The translations under genes and the position numbers were made by a program. 64,000 nucleotides of DNA, from positions 90,024,001 through 90,088,000 of the forward strand of contig NC_043006.1 of the NCBI RefSeq assembly GCF_006345805.1, in the 5' to 3' direction. Every line of letters begins with the position of its first letter. The stretch's first letter is position 1. Below are positions 1 to 12,600 of the stretch, one piece after another. The stretch is from Octopus sinensis (Eukaryota). Under the pieces are notes generated by a model. That model was not told where the DNA came from, made no database searches, and worked only from the letters and a program-made list of their open reading frames with translations.

Positions 1-247
1 TTTAGTTGAGCAATGAATTTATTTGTTGTAAGCCTAGTACTTATTCTACCACTAAGTTATGGGGATGTAAACATACCAGCATCGGTTGTCAAGCGATGTT
101 GGGGGGACAAACACAAACACACATATATATACATATATACGATGGGCTCCTTTCAGTTTCCGTCTACCAAATCCACTCACAAGGCTTTGGTCGGCCCGGG
201 GCTATAGTAGAAGACACTTGCCCAAGGTGCCACATATATAATTTCCA

Positions 248-1100
248 GGCATGGAAGCGAAACCTAGTGTTTAGAGGCCTTAAGGCAAACCTAGCAAAGA
301 AAACAAGAGCCTAGTGCCTTCAGGGAAATGGCCTTGCACAATTTGTAGAAAAGAAGTATAAGCTCCATACACAGTACTCAATGGAAGCAGTGGACACTCA
401 AGAATCCCTAGCAGACTATCCAAAAATGTGGGCTTCAAATGTGGTGCCTGTACTGGAGCAGTTTGTATGAGGATGACACTGCAAGTCAAATGGCCAGACA
501 GTTTATAATTTGATAATTATAGTTGTAGTTGATAATTTTTGTTACATGGGAGATGTAATTAGCAATGGATGTGGTTGCTCTGAAAGTAGAGTAGCTAGAG
601 GGAGAACTGGTTGGAGAAAGTTCAGGGAGCTACTAACACTGCTAATGACAGATCTTTCCCTAAGAGTAAAAGGCAGACTGTATGGTGTTTGTGTTAGAAT
701 TGCAATGCTACATAATAGTGAAACATAGACCTTCAAAAAGCTGGAAAGAAATGAAACAAGCATGCACTACTAGATGTGCAGTGTAAGTGTGCATGAAATA
801 ATTAGTACAAAGGGGCTGAGTGAAAAAACTGGCCATTAGAGGAGTCAGTTGTTGTTATCTGCAAGAAAGAAGACTACACTGGTATGGACATTTGATGCAT
901 CTGAATAAGAGCAGCTGTGTAAAGAAATGCCGATTGCTAAATGTGGCTGGAACTTGCAGTAAAGGGAGACCCAAGAGGACATGGAATGAAGTAGTTAAGG
1001 CTGACCTCTTGATCCTGGGTCTGATGTAGGAAATGACAAAAGACCAGGATATCTGGTAATATGGGATTCTTGAAAAGAACCACCCTTCTCAGTGAAACTG
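248..1100 (+). mobile_element. RTE-clade LINE 3' fragment (degenerate)
   Basis: Translations VDNFCYMGDVIS...ARGRTGWRKFRELL, LHNSET, RRLHWYGHL and GRPKRTWNEVVK are typical of the RTE ORF C-terminus; stops and frameshifts present. Confidence 0.85.
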
Positions 1101-1479
1101 AATTCTGGAAGTATTGTACTCTCCACCCATATTACAGTGACTCATTCACCCTCTTCTGTGAATTACACCTGCCTCTTCCACTGCCCCCACCCCCAATCGA
1201 CTTCTCTCTTAAAAACAAAATCTGATGCCTCTTAGACCCAATTTTTTTTTCAACACACAAACACACTTCTATAACTGTAGGCAATAGAATACATTTATAC
1301 AGTGTATTTCTACTGAATACAATATAGGAAATACCGCATGCCAGAAAAGTGAGAATAATTGTAATCTATTTTGAAATCTCTTTTAAATGTTCACACAGAA
1401 ATTTCATGATAATCAGTTGTTGGTAAAGTAAATTTATAAAATATTTTCTACACCCACCCACCTACTTCTTCAGGCTCAT

Positions 1480-1549
1480 AACACACACACACACACACAC
1501 CCACACACATAAATATACATATATATATATATAAATGATGATGATGATG

Positions 1550-1611
<62 letters not shown>

Positions 1612-1780
1612 CACACACACATATATACATAAATACATATATATATATACACACACACACATATATACATATATACATATATATATATATATATGTATAC
1701 AGACATCATCATCATCGTTTAACATCCGTTTTCCATGCTAGCACGGGTTGGACGATATATATATATATATATATGTATAT

Positions 1781-1822
<42 letters not shown>

Positions 1823-1930
1823 TTGTGTATGAGTGTGTATGAATATATATAAACATACATATGCACGTACATATATGCATATATACATATGAATGTATGG
1901 AAATATATGAACACACACACACACATATGC
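1480..1930. repeat. Compound microsatellite (CA/AT/ATG); representative of dozens in the window
   Basis: Directly visible. Others include 4230-4460 (GATA), 22325-22490 (ATT/AGT), 37050-37180 (AAT), 37770-38025, 48630-48785 and 55930-56470. Confidence 0.97.
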
Positions 1931-3061
1931 ATCACCTAATTTTTCTTTTCATTATGACCTTTTTGTTTACACAACCAAAACTTTTTGACTCTCACTCTCT
2001 ATCTCTTTCTCCTTGTCTTTCTCTCTATCACTCTGCTTGACTACCCACCCCCATAACCACCTCTCTCTCTCTCTCTCTCTCCCTCTCTCTTTTCCTATAA
2101 ATTTATAAAATGCTAAACACAAAAGCCTGTGCACATTGTAGCAGCAATCACGATGAACACAACAGAAAGAAAAATGTGACAGCAACACCAGAACACTTGT
2201 TATCAATGACACAGGCAATTTAATCTTAACACACTTCTGCAGTTTTCGATGCCAATATCGGTGTGTGGCTGTGGATGTTGTCTTCACATCACGACAATTC
2301 ACAAATAAAAGAAATATTCAAAAAACCAAATACTTTATTGCAACGAAGCCTGATTAAAATGGAATCACTAAATGCAATCTTTATAAAAGACATGCATACG
2401 TGTATGTGTGTGTGAGAGAGAGAATATGTGTACGTGTGTATATGTACATGTAGTATATATATATATGATGAAAATGTCTGGTTACTTTGTTATTTTGTTC
2501 TGTTTGTTTTACCTGTTGTCAGTTCTTAATTATTATGTGCCTGTGGGTATGTGTGCATATATTTTGGATGTGTGTGTATGTATACATATGTATTTTTGCG
2601 TGCATGTAATGTATGTATGTATATAGGTAGGTAGGTAGGTATGCATGTATATAAATGAATCACCATTATCATTGCCTTCATCGACATTATTTAAGCGTCT
2701 CGCCTTCTGTGCTTGCATAGTTCAGACAAGAGCATGTTGGGACAGAGTTTTCTAAGGCCAGATGCCCTTCCTGTCACCAAACCCTGCTTGTTTCCAAATG
2801 AGATAATAATCAAACAACAAACAGTCCAATCATGCTTTTGTGGAGAAAAGGAAGCAGATGATACCAAAATGAGTCTCTTGTTTAGAAAGATCAAGGAAAA
2901 AGTCTGCACAAGTCAAGAATCCTGGTCATACTTTTAGAATGGACTGCGAGTAAATGACACCATCAGCAAGGCCACTGCTTACCAACCAACAAAATGCATG
3001 CGTGAATGAGAAAGAAGAATAAATTCATTCATACAGAGACAGATGCAGGCAGACAGGCACA

Positions 3062-3140
<79 letters not shown>

Positions 3141-3789
3141 ACGCATATGTGATCTTTCAGTTACCATCTAGAAAATCCAGTTACAAAACTTTGGTTGACC
3201 TGAGGCTATCATAGGAGGTGCCTGCCCAAAGCAGAACACAGTGGGACTGATCCCCAAACCACATGGTTGGGAGACAAACTTCTTAACCAGAGCCATACCT
3301 GTGTTCTTGGTGATACATTAATAATGTCAAACAGCCTGATTACTCTAACCATTTTTACTATAACCTGTCCCCAGGAACAGAGGTACTCTGTGGCACTGTG
3401 CAAACATGAGAAACCAAAATTAATAAAAAAAAGTCATTATTTTATATATGAAAAAAAAAAGAATTAAGTACACCAAAAACTAGTCTCAAAAGGACTCAAA
3501 TTCACATCAGCCTTTCAATGACACAACTACAAAGAAATTTCTGAATTCTGCAGAAAATTAAAACTCACAAAGAACGGTACAAAAAAAAAAAACCTCGACA
3601 AGTTGACAGTAAGAAACACCACCTCAGTAAGAGGTCATGGAACCCTAAACAATTTCTGGGAATATATTTTGAATGACACAAATCAATAGACAAACAAAAC
3701 ACAAAACAAACTTCTTCAGCAGGAGCGAATGAGACAAGTTAAGATGATAAAGAAATGAAAATTAAAGATAAAGGTAAATGACAATTAAA

Positions 3790-4170
3790 GAGGCCTCTTC
3801 TCTAGCAGACCAAAGTTCACCAAAGTGAGAAAATAAATGAAGCATGCAAAAGAAACGCTGACATATACATCATGTCTCCTCATCAAATAATCTGAAATTG
3901 ATATCAATAATAGTTGGTCTAACATGAGAAACCGACCATCTCCATCGGAGTAATTTTGTTTTAGATATTCCACTCAGACTATTCCTCAAGCACATTAGGA
4001 AGTTTCATTAGAGATGACTTAGATATACTCAACCACCTCCCAAAAGCAGTCAGTGAAAAAACTTTGATATTATCTTTCAATGTAATGAATCTATTTAAAT
4101 CTTAATCATTACTTAGGAAATGAGGCCATGAAATTCTATTTGTGAGATAGAACAAACTTTCTCATTGCAT
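3790..4170 (+). mobile_element. Penelope-like element RT remnant
   Basis: With a frameshift it reads LDIPLRLFLKHIR/SFIRDDLDILNHLPKAVSEKTLILSFNVMNLF, matching the PLE RT region '...YIRD..DFL..LP......L.SFDV.SLY'. Confidence 0.65.
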
Positions 4171-4368
4171 AAAAAAAAAAATGGATTTATAATAAGATTA
4201 AAATTATAAAATAGAACAGGACTAATATATATATATATGTGTGTGTGTGTGTGCATAGATAGATAGATAGATAGAGAGAGAGATAGAGATAGAGAGATAA
4301 ATAGATAGATAGATAGATAGATAGACAGATAGATAGATAGATAGATAGATAGAGAGATAAATAGATAT

Positions 4369-4401
<33 letters not shown>

Positions 4402-4403
4402 TA

Positions 4404-4456
<53 letters not shown>

Positions 4457-6724
4457 CAAGCAGATAATTCAGTCACATAGTTTCAAGTTTGATCCCACCA
4501 TGGGCTTCTATAGCCTTGAGTTCACCAATGACTTGGGAATGAAATTTGGTCAAAGGAAACGTGGCAACCCAAATTCAAAATAAATGGATGAAGAAATTCC
4601 AAGAGAATAAAGATAAAACAAATCGGTTTGTGTTTCCTTATTTGTTGCATGCATCTCTCCAGTCTCTGCTGTTCAGATATCATTTTACGTGGACGTGCTT
4701 CATGTATTCATGGAAGTTGGTGAATAAAGAATTTCAATGCAAGACATTTCTTTCTATGGCTTTGTTAATTCATATCAATTTGTAATTTGCAACACTTTTT
4801 CACTAATTAGTAAAAATTTGAAGATTATCTTCAACTCTATTAATTCCTGATGAAGAAATTACATAATTATTAGGACAATGTCTACAAAGAAGAAGAAGGC
4901 AATGAAGATAATTATTTTGATGATGATGACAATGGTGATGAACAATGATGAAAATAGTTGTGGTTGCACCAGTGTTAATGCCAACGAAAATGATGACACA
5001 GAACAAGGAAATGGCTGAGAAGTGCTGTCTGGGATAAACTTGGTAATGTTTTGAAGAGGGACAAAACTGGAAGTTTATTTCCCAACCACACAGTTTCAGT
5101 ATCAATTCCACTGTATGGCACTTTGGCCAAATGACTTCTAGAACAGCCCTCGACTGACCAAAGCCTTGACAGTGGATTTAGTTGACAGAAAATGAAAGAA
5201 GCCAGTCGTATGTGTGCATGTCTTCTTGTCTTGGAAACATGTGGTGATTGTAAATAAGTACCAGTGTCAAACATGGGGTGAACTTTAATTCCAATATCAA
5301 ACATATTTGTCCATGGGAAAAATATGTATCTTAGAAAAAAGTGAGGGCTGGAGACAAGAAGGGCCTCCAACCATAAAATCCCTACCCCTGTCGATCTAAT
5401 GAGCATGGAGAAGTGGGTGTTAAAAGGATGATCATGATGATGTGATATGTATATATATTTCTATTCTTTGCTTTTTCTCTCTATAGCTTGCTGGTTCTCC
5501 CTCATAATAGATAATTGCAATTAATTTCATAATTATCAGCTCTTATGTTTGATGTATCATTCAATGAAAGAAAATCGCTGTTTATTTTCCCTCTCTACTT
5601 CACGAACATCAATGAAAGCACAAACACACACAAAACAATAACAACGTAATTTTAATATAAGACAATTTTTGTTGCTTTATAATTAGTTTTATTAAAGGTT
5701 AATTGAATAATAATTGATATTTTCATTAGTAAAATAAGATGTGTTATGTAATATCATATAAAATATATGTTTTATATAGTATACAATGTACTCTTGGAAA
5801 ACACCAGTGGTCAATGCAGTCAATCAGTGAAGATGAATGAAACATCAGCCACAAGAATTAAAACATGTTAGTCTGAGAGGGGAGAGATTTTTTCATCAAA
5901 TCTTTTGCAATGAATTAATTATTGCGAAAAACATCAAGAGCATTATTTTTCTCACAATTTCAAAGAGCAGCTAAATTCGGACCTCAAAATGTCAGTAGTT
6001 GTGATAAAAGAGAGAAACTAAATCCCTGAAAGTTGAAGAAAAACTAAAGGACACAACTAAAACCACGGCCTTTGTTAGTTCGTCTTTGGCAGTTCTCAAC
6101 TGTTTTATGCAAGAATTGGCTTTATCAATTATCCACATCATCAGAATCATAGAGAAATTCTTGGACAAAAGAAGCAGACACTGCTGAGTAACTTTTACAA
6201 CATTTTCAGAAATTTTGATTGAAATAAACACATATATGTCAAACAAAAAGAGAATGATGGAGGTAGAAGATAAAAAAAAATTTCACTGAAGATCATTCTC
6301 TATGATTTTGCTAATGTGACAAAGCCTGGCACAGCTCTGAACACTGTTGCTCTTATTTAGACTAAATAGTAAAAGCAAAGAGAGGAAAAATGTTCCACTG
6401 TGCCATCTTGGGTGACACAGTCCTCTACTCTAGTATGTGGATTTGGTAGGAGGAATAAAGTGTGCCAAATCTCCTCACATACACACACACACACACTTAT
6501 ATACAAACCATATACATGCCTGTGGATGTGTGTGTCCCCACACCACAACTTGACAGCTGGTATTGGCTTGGTTACAACCTCATAACTGATAGAATATGTT
6601 CTAGATTTAAAACCAAGTACTGAGACTGATTTGTTCAAACTCAATCTGTCAACTTGGTGCCTCCGACAGGACCGCCGTCCAATAACTGGAACTAGTAGAA
6701 GACAAAAGAGAAAAGCTGAGACAT

Positions 6725-7330
6725 GCCATCAGTTTTTATGTTAAGATTTGATCCAGTGACATAACAAAATCACAAATCTAGTTCTGAGTATATAAACCAA
6801 TGATGAAAATTGTTGTTCTAAGACTTGATCAAGTTTTAGTTAAGAAATGTCAGGGTCACAGACATATCCAACAGGATGATGCCAGTTTTCCATAATACCA
6901 TCTAAAATTCCCAAGTCATACCACAAGAATATAGTGTTATAATCACTCCCATTGAAGAATTCACAATTTCAAACTATGAAGTTCCAGTTTTGTTGTCTTC
7001 AACAAAATGTCTTCTACAATAGATTAACAAAAGACACAACAAAAGACAAGCTTTCAAAATTAGTTACAAATAAAAGTAAGAATATTATTCCCATCACCAC
7101 TTAAAACTGATGAAGTAAGACGACAGGAAATCCCTGGGAGGCTTACATCAAATAGGATTCAAATAAATGTCTATTAAAATTTAATTCACAAAATACAGAA
7201 CAGGTTTTCAAAGACAAAAATAAACAAATAAAGCTAAAAGTACAAATAAATTTCATTATTTTTCTTTCTTCCTCTCCAGTTTGCCTTCTGGATTTTATGT
7301 TTGGTTTGGTTGTGTTTGTTTTTAGTTTTG
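6725..7330 (-). other. Putative 3'UTR (distal end undefined)
   Basis: Repeat-free, U-rich (on the minus strand) sequence directly after the stop codon. The poly(A) site was not identified. Confidence 0.45.
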
Positions 7331-7374
7331 TTATCCTACTGCAGGCTGTTGAATATCTTTAAAGGAGATTTTCA
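7331..7374 (-). CDS. Terminal coding exon (stop TAA at 7331-7333)
   Basis: cttatttcag|TG AAA ATC TCC...GGA TAA. Phase 1 matches the previous exon; encodes (V)KISFKDIQQPAVG*. Followed by about 600 nt of unique U-rich putative 3'UTR. Confidence 0.7.
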
Positions 7375-8914
7375 CTGAAATAAGTCAACAACAACAACAA
7401 TAATAATAATAATAACAAAGATGAACTCTTGTCAATGGAAGTATCATTTCAATTCTCAGTTTGCTGGGATATGAATATTTAAATGAGAGAGAAAGAAAAA
7501 AAACAAACTAAAAACTAAAAAGTGCAGGAAAAATAAATAAGAAATATATAGGAGATTTGCTTTCGGATGAGAATTTGTTCAACATCAATTGAAAATTACT
7601 CACTTTAGTATGGTTGATCATTTCCTGAGAGTTTCCACTACACAGAATGCTTTTCTTTTCTTATTTCATTTTATGTATAATCAAATAAGATTTTGAACTA
7701 TTTTGGGTTAATTTGAACAGAGTACTCGTTATATTTGTTTTGTTTATTTTTTTAAAGTCTATAACCATGACATAAACAGCCTAGTTATAGCAATAATTAT
7801 TTGTGAAGGACAATAATACTAATGGAACTAAAATTCCATAAAAAGGCAGTTGTAGCCAAGTAACAACCACAAGAGTAAAATGAGGAGGAGTCAGCTAAAA
7901 AAAATTAAAAAAAATTCAGCTGGAGCCAACGAAAATCTTGGTTAAAAAATTCCAAGCAATGGTGAGTTTTATGTGGTTAAGAAATTTACTTCCAAACCAT
8001 GTGGTCTTGAATCCAATCCAGCTGTGTGACTTCTTGAACAAGTGTCCTCTACTGTAGCCTTGAGCTGACCAAAGTCTTGTGTGTGTGGATTTGAAAGACA
8101 GAAAGTGGAAGAAGCCCATTGTGTGTGTGTGTGGGGGGGTTAATGGTAGTCTCTTGAGTCTGAGAAAAATGGTTCTGTAATTTCTTGCTGAGCAACCTGC
8201 ACGAGTGATTCGTTTCATAGTGATCAAATGTTTGTGCTGTATATTAGCTCTCTCCATCAAAATCAATATTATTTGTACAGGTGCAAAGTGCACCACACGC
8301 CAGGTGTCGATTGCAGAACAATACAAGATGAAGTGTTTCACTCAGGAACACAACACACAACTTGGTCGGGGGATTGAACACATAATCTCACAATTATGAG
8401 TTCAACACTGTAACTACTAAGCTATCTGCCCTTACATTGTATACATGTAAAGAGCAGCCAGCCACAAAACCAAACCAAGGTAGGCCTCACAGGTGCTGGT
8501 GTCATGTAAAAAGCCCTCAGTCCACTCTGTAAAAGTGGCTGGCACTAGGAATGGTATCCAGCTGTAAAAACCCTGCCAAAGCAGACAGTGGAACTTGGTG
8601 CAATCCTCTGGCCAGTCAACCTCTGTCAAACTGTCCAACCCACTCCAGCATTGAAAATGACAATGATAATGATGATGTTGATAATGATGACGATGATGAT
8701 GATGTGTGTGTGTGTGCAACCATATATTTTCAGTTCCCATCCACCAAGTCAACTTACAAGACGTTGGTCAGCAGAGGCTATAATGGAAGACAATAAGAAC
8801 ACTTATCCAAAGTGTAGCACAGGGGGATTGAACCCAGAACCATTATGATAAGAAGTGAACCTCATAATGCCACAACCAGTCCTGTACATTAGTATTATTG
8901 TCTCTGTCTCTTTC

Positions 8915-9107
8915 GCTTTTCAAACTTATAACACAAAACTTTGGACCTTAATAATCCACGCAAATGAAACTTGGTAATTAAGTGAAATTTAGCTGACTTA
9001 AGAGGATATTCAGATGCTCTTCTGTTGGCTTTTAAAAGATGATAAATTCTTTCTGAAAATGTAACCAGTTTAAACACAACAGAAATAAAAATTTCTACTG
9101 AAACATT
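8915..9107. repeat. Unclassified repeat; inverted copy at about 13460-13640
   Basis: ttttcaaacttataacacaaaact...ttaagtgaaatttagctgacttaagagg is found reverse-complemented at 13460-13640. Confidence 0.8.
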
Positions 9108-9421
9108 ATTTCTTCTTCCTCCCACCCTACCCCCAATTAATTCCTGCCAGTCATAAAAATGTTAATCCAATATAACACCTACTGTTAATGATTCTTAATG
9201 CTTCAAGTTCTAGGATTTATTTCTATAGTGGTGGTAGTGGTGGTGGTGGTGGTGGTGGGGGGGTGGAAGGGAAATAAAAACAAAATTTGGAAGTTTGGTA
9301 GAAAGCTGGATATTTTTCATGACTGAACAACACAATTGTTTGGAAGCGTTTATACAATCCAAATATCTGGTAGCAGTTGGTGCAGAATTAGTGATATCAC
9401 AATTTTATTCATATAGATATA

Positions 9422-9816
9422 CTAGCAGTATCACCCGGCGTTGCTCGAGTTTGTAAGGGAAATAACTATATAAGCATTTTTAGAGAGTTATAGCCAAAAA
9501 ATAGCAAAAAAATGCATTAAAAATGGAAAAAAATTAAGGTAAATTTTTTTTAAATCGTTGACACATCGTAGATATTTTTAGAGAGTTACTTCCCTTATAT
9601 AATAGCGAAAAAAATGCATTAAAATGGAAAAATACGATGGTAAATTTTTTTAAATCGTAGACTCATCGTAGACGCGCGCTAATACCCAGAAGGGCTCGAT
9701 ATGACTCACGACTTTAAGATACCCGCTTTTGGTGAAACTGCACCGCAAAATGTGGGAGTAGTTACGAATCTAAATCGTAGGAGACAGACACACAACTTCA
9801 GTTTTATATATAAAGA
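9422..9816 (-). mobile_element. Non-autonomous Helitron (complete ends)
   Basis: On the minus strand the 5' end is A|TCTTTATATATAAAA and the 3' end is gagcaacgccgggtgatactgCTAG|T, i.e. inserted at AT with no TSD. Contains an internal ~95-bp tandem duplication. Confidence 0.8.
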
Positions 9817-9924
9817 TATAAGCCACGTAGTTATATACACATACTTTGTTATATACACATTCTTAAAAGAAAATGTTATTTTGAACACAACATTTATAAA
9901 GAATAAAATATTTTTTGGTTTTTC

Positions 9925-10600
9925 TTAACCCTTTCGTTACTATATTTCTGACCAAAATACACCCCTTATGTGTTTCAATTATTTTCTAACGTAATCATAA
10001 ATTTAGTCTGGTTTCATTAAACAACAATAACATTTTTATTTATCAATATATTAACATGAATTTTGGAAGATAATTTAATGAAATGTTCTCAACCAATTCT
10101 ATACTATAATTTTTGTCACAAAGTGACTCTAATTGCAGGTAGATACAGGTAAATTCAACAATATATAAAATTATTAAAATTTTGTTCAAACATCGCTATA
10201 GAAAATGGGTTATTAGCTAATATTCAGTTGGGTATACAACAAAATTTTACGATAGAATTTGTTATTCTGGGTAACTTTCTGATACCCATAATAATATTTA
10301 TGGCAAAATAGGCCTTAAATTCATTTAAGGTTGTGGGAAATAACAAACTATCCTTTCTTTCGTTTTGTTTACATTTTAGCGTAACAGTTCGTTTCCGCCG
10401 TAATGATTTCAAATAGGCTCATTCGAAAAAGTGAAAAGAAATAGTTTAAGGCTTTACTCTTCTGGGAAAGTCTGTGGCTTGGTCCAGTTTCTTCAGAAAA
10501 ATCACCGAAAGAAACAGTTTTTAAATTTTCACTCCATTCAGGTGCCAATTCATTTTCTTTATCGCTGTCGGATTCACCACACGCACACACACACGTTAGC
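9925..10600 (-). mobile_element. piggyBac relic (one TTAA-CCC end plus transposase N-terminal remnant)
   Basis: TTAA|CCCTTTCG at 9925-9931. Minus-strand ORFs 10369..10590 and 10224..10412 give NYFFSLF..FEIITAETNCYA and TTLNEFKAYFAINIIMGIRKLPRI, which are PGBD-type motifs. Confidence 0.8.
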
Positions 10601-10759
10601 TTACAATTTTATTTATATATTTGCGTGTCTATGTGTGTAAAGAGGAAGTGGGAATGCAGAGTGAAAGAGTCACTCATTACAAAAAGTGAATTACTTTCAC
10701 TTTATTCGTTGCACACTGTGTGTGTGCATGTGGTGTAGCCCACACTAAGAAAAGCATTT

Positions 10760-10955
10760 GACATACATACCACAATGTGAGTTTTCTCTAAATTTTGCTT
10801 AATTGGGGTTGAAATTTTAAAAACTGGACCTGGCACGACCCGATGCATTCTACTCTTAAAAATGCTAGGTAAATTGTAATTGAAGAAATCCTATATTGTA
10901 GATTTCTATAAGATACAAAGGGAGGCAGATAAAATCTGCCTTTTATAATAAGAGA
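10760..10955 (-). mobile_element. Helitron/Helentron-like non-autonomous 5' fragment
   Basis: Minus-strand end A|TCTCTTATTATAAAA with an adjacent hairpin ggcagat-aaa-atctgcc (10924-10940). Confidence 0.5.
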
Positions 10956-11339
10956 TGAATTATTTATTTATATGTAATTTATATGTTATTTATTTATATA
11001 TTATCTATTGCAGTTCACTCGGCTGGTAAAAGTGAGTTGTATCTGTAATTCAAAGAGCCAGCCATGCCACATTCTGTGTCTCCTTGTGAAGTAGGTTAAG
11101 GGTTTGCATTGTCTGTGGAGTACTCAGCCATTTGCACATTTATTTCATGAGCAGGTTGTTCCAGTGAGCGAATCAACTAGAACAATTGCTGTCATAACCA
11201 GCGGAGTCAAATTAAATATATGAGTGTGTGTGTGTGTGTGTGTATTTCTACACACACATGCACACAAATGCACATGCACACAAATGCACGCATATTTATA
11301 TCATAAGAAATATGTAAACCAACAACACCCCTAAGCCTG

Positions 11340-12600
11340 CTTGGTCTTTGGACACCCTGTGGGATGAAAGAAAAATCCCCTTAAAGGGCAGAAACTCTAC
11401 TACTTCTAAGGATCCCCACTGACATTTGAGGGAGTCTATACTTTGTGACATTCTTGGTGTTTAACGTACCTGCACATCTGCCACTTGTAAAGACTATTTT
11501 CTCTGTTAATCTTCCCGTGATACCACTGCACCCCCTTCCGTGTTCATAGCTTGCACTGGGTACACCATATCGTGTTTCTCTGGACACATTTTCTGCAGAT
11601 AAAGCAGGGCCATCTCCTTGAAGGCATCTGTGATTTGTCTGTTTCCCTACTTACCAATACATTGGTCTTTGCTAAATTAACTCTAAGGCCTTTTGATTCC
11701 AGACCTTGCTTCTATACCTGAAATTTCTTCTCTAGTTCTAGAAGGGATTCAGTAGTAAAAACAAGATCATCAATGTAGAGGAGCCCCCAAGCGCAGCCAA
11801 TCTTAAATTTCTTGCTATACTCATTGATGACTTTCATCTTACTGACAGCATCCCTAAACATGGCTTTCACAGCTCTCACCAACCACTCATCTATCCCTAG
11901 CTTCTGCATCCCCCCCCACCAGGTAAGGGAGTGTAGAACACCATCAAAGGCTTTCTCCATATCAACAAAAATTAGATACAAAGGTTTATTTTTAACCAAG
12001 TACTTTGGCAGTTGCTTCACCATCTGTGCTAATTCTCTGCCTAATTAATTGAGCTATGATCCTTTCTGTAACTTCCATCACCTGGTCCAGCAATTTTATG
12101 CCTCTGTAACTGTTGAAGGCATCATCTTTGCCTTTGTAGCTGTTGACTACAATGCTGCTACACCAATTGTTAGGTATCACTTCCTCGTGGACAACCTGAT
12201 TAACTATGCAGGCGACGAGGTCATATCTGCTCACTTGACCAAATATCTTAAGCATCTGAGCAGCAATGACGCCTGATGGGCCAGACGTCTCCTTTGTCTT
12301 CATATCCTTAATTGCTTTATCTACTAAGCTATTGTTGATTTGGAAAGCTGGCCCCTCTGCTGGGTCCATATAAGGCAGGCTGTCCTCCTATGCATTCTCT
12401 ATATTTGGCAGCCTTTCATAGTGGCACTTCCAAACCCCTTTCTTTGCAGAATCAATTCATGCAAGTGAACCATCACCCATGCAAACACATTTCTCTCCTA
12501 CCACATCACAATTTTCTCTGACACACTAGTTTGCAATCTGAAACATCTCAAGCTTTTGATCCTTATGCCGCAGAGCATTGGTAAACTTCCTCCTTTCTGC
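11340..12600 (-). mobile_element. RTE LINE reverse transcriptase fragment (degenerate)
   Basis: ORFs 11992..12369 and 11712..12023 contain YKGKDDA..SYRGIKLL, LIFVDMEKAFDGV and LLYIDDL. Confidence 0.9.

Noticed and set aside
5992-6246. 84-aa minus-strand ORF downstream of the gene
   Set aside because: No recognisable motif and no splice signals; more likely distal UTR or intergenic DNA.
7604-7637. 34-nt alternative exon near the last exon (VETLRK*)
   Set aside because: The acceptor has a purine-rich upstream region with no polypyrimidine tract; the donor alone is insufficient.
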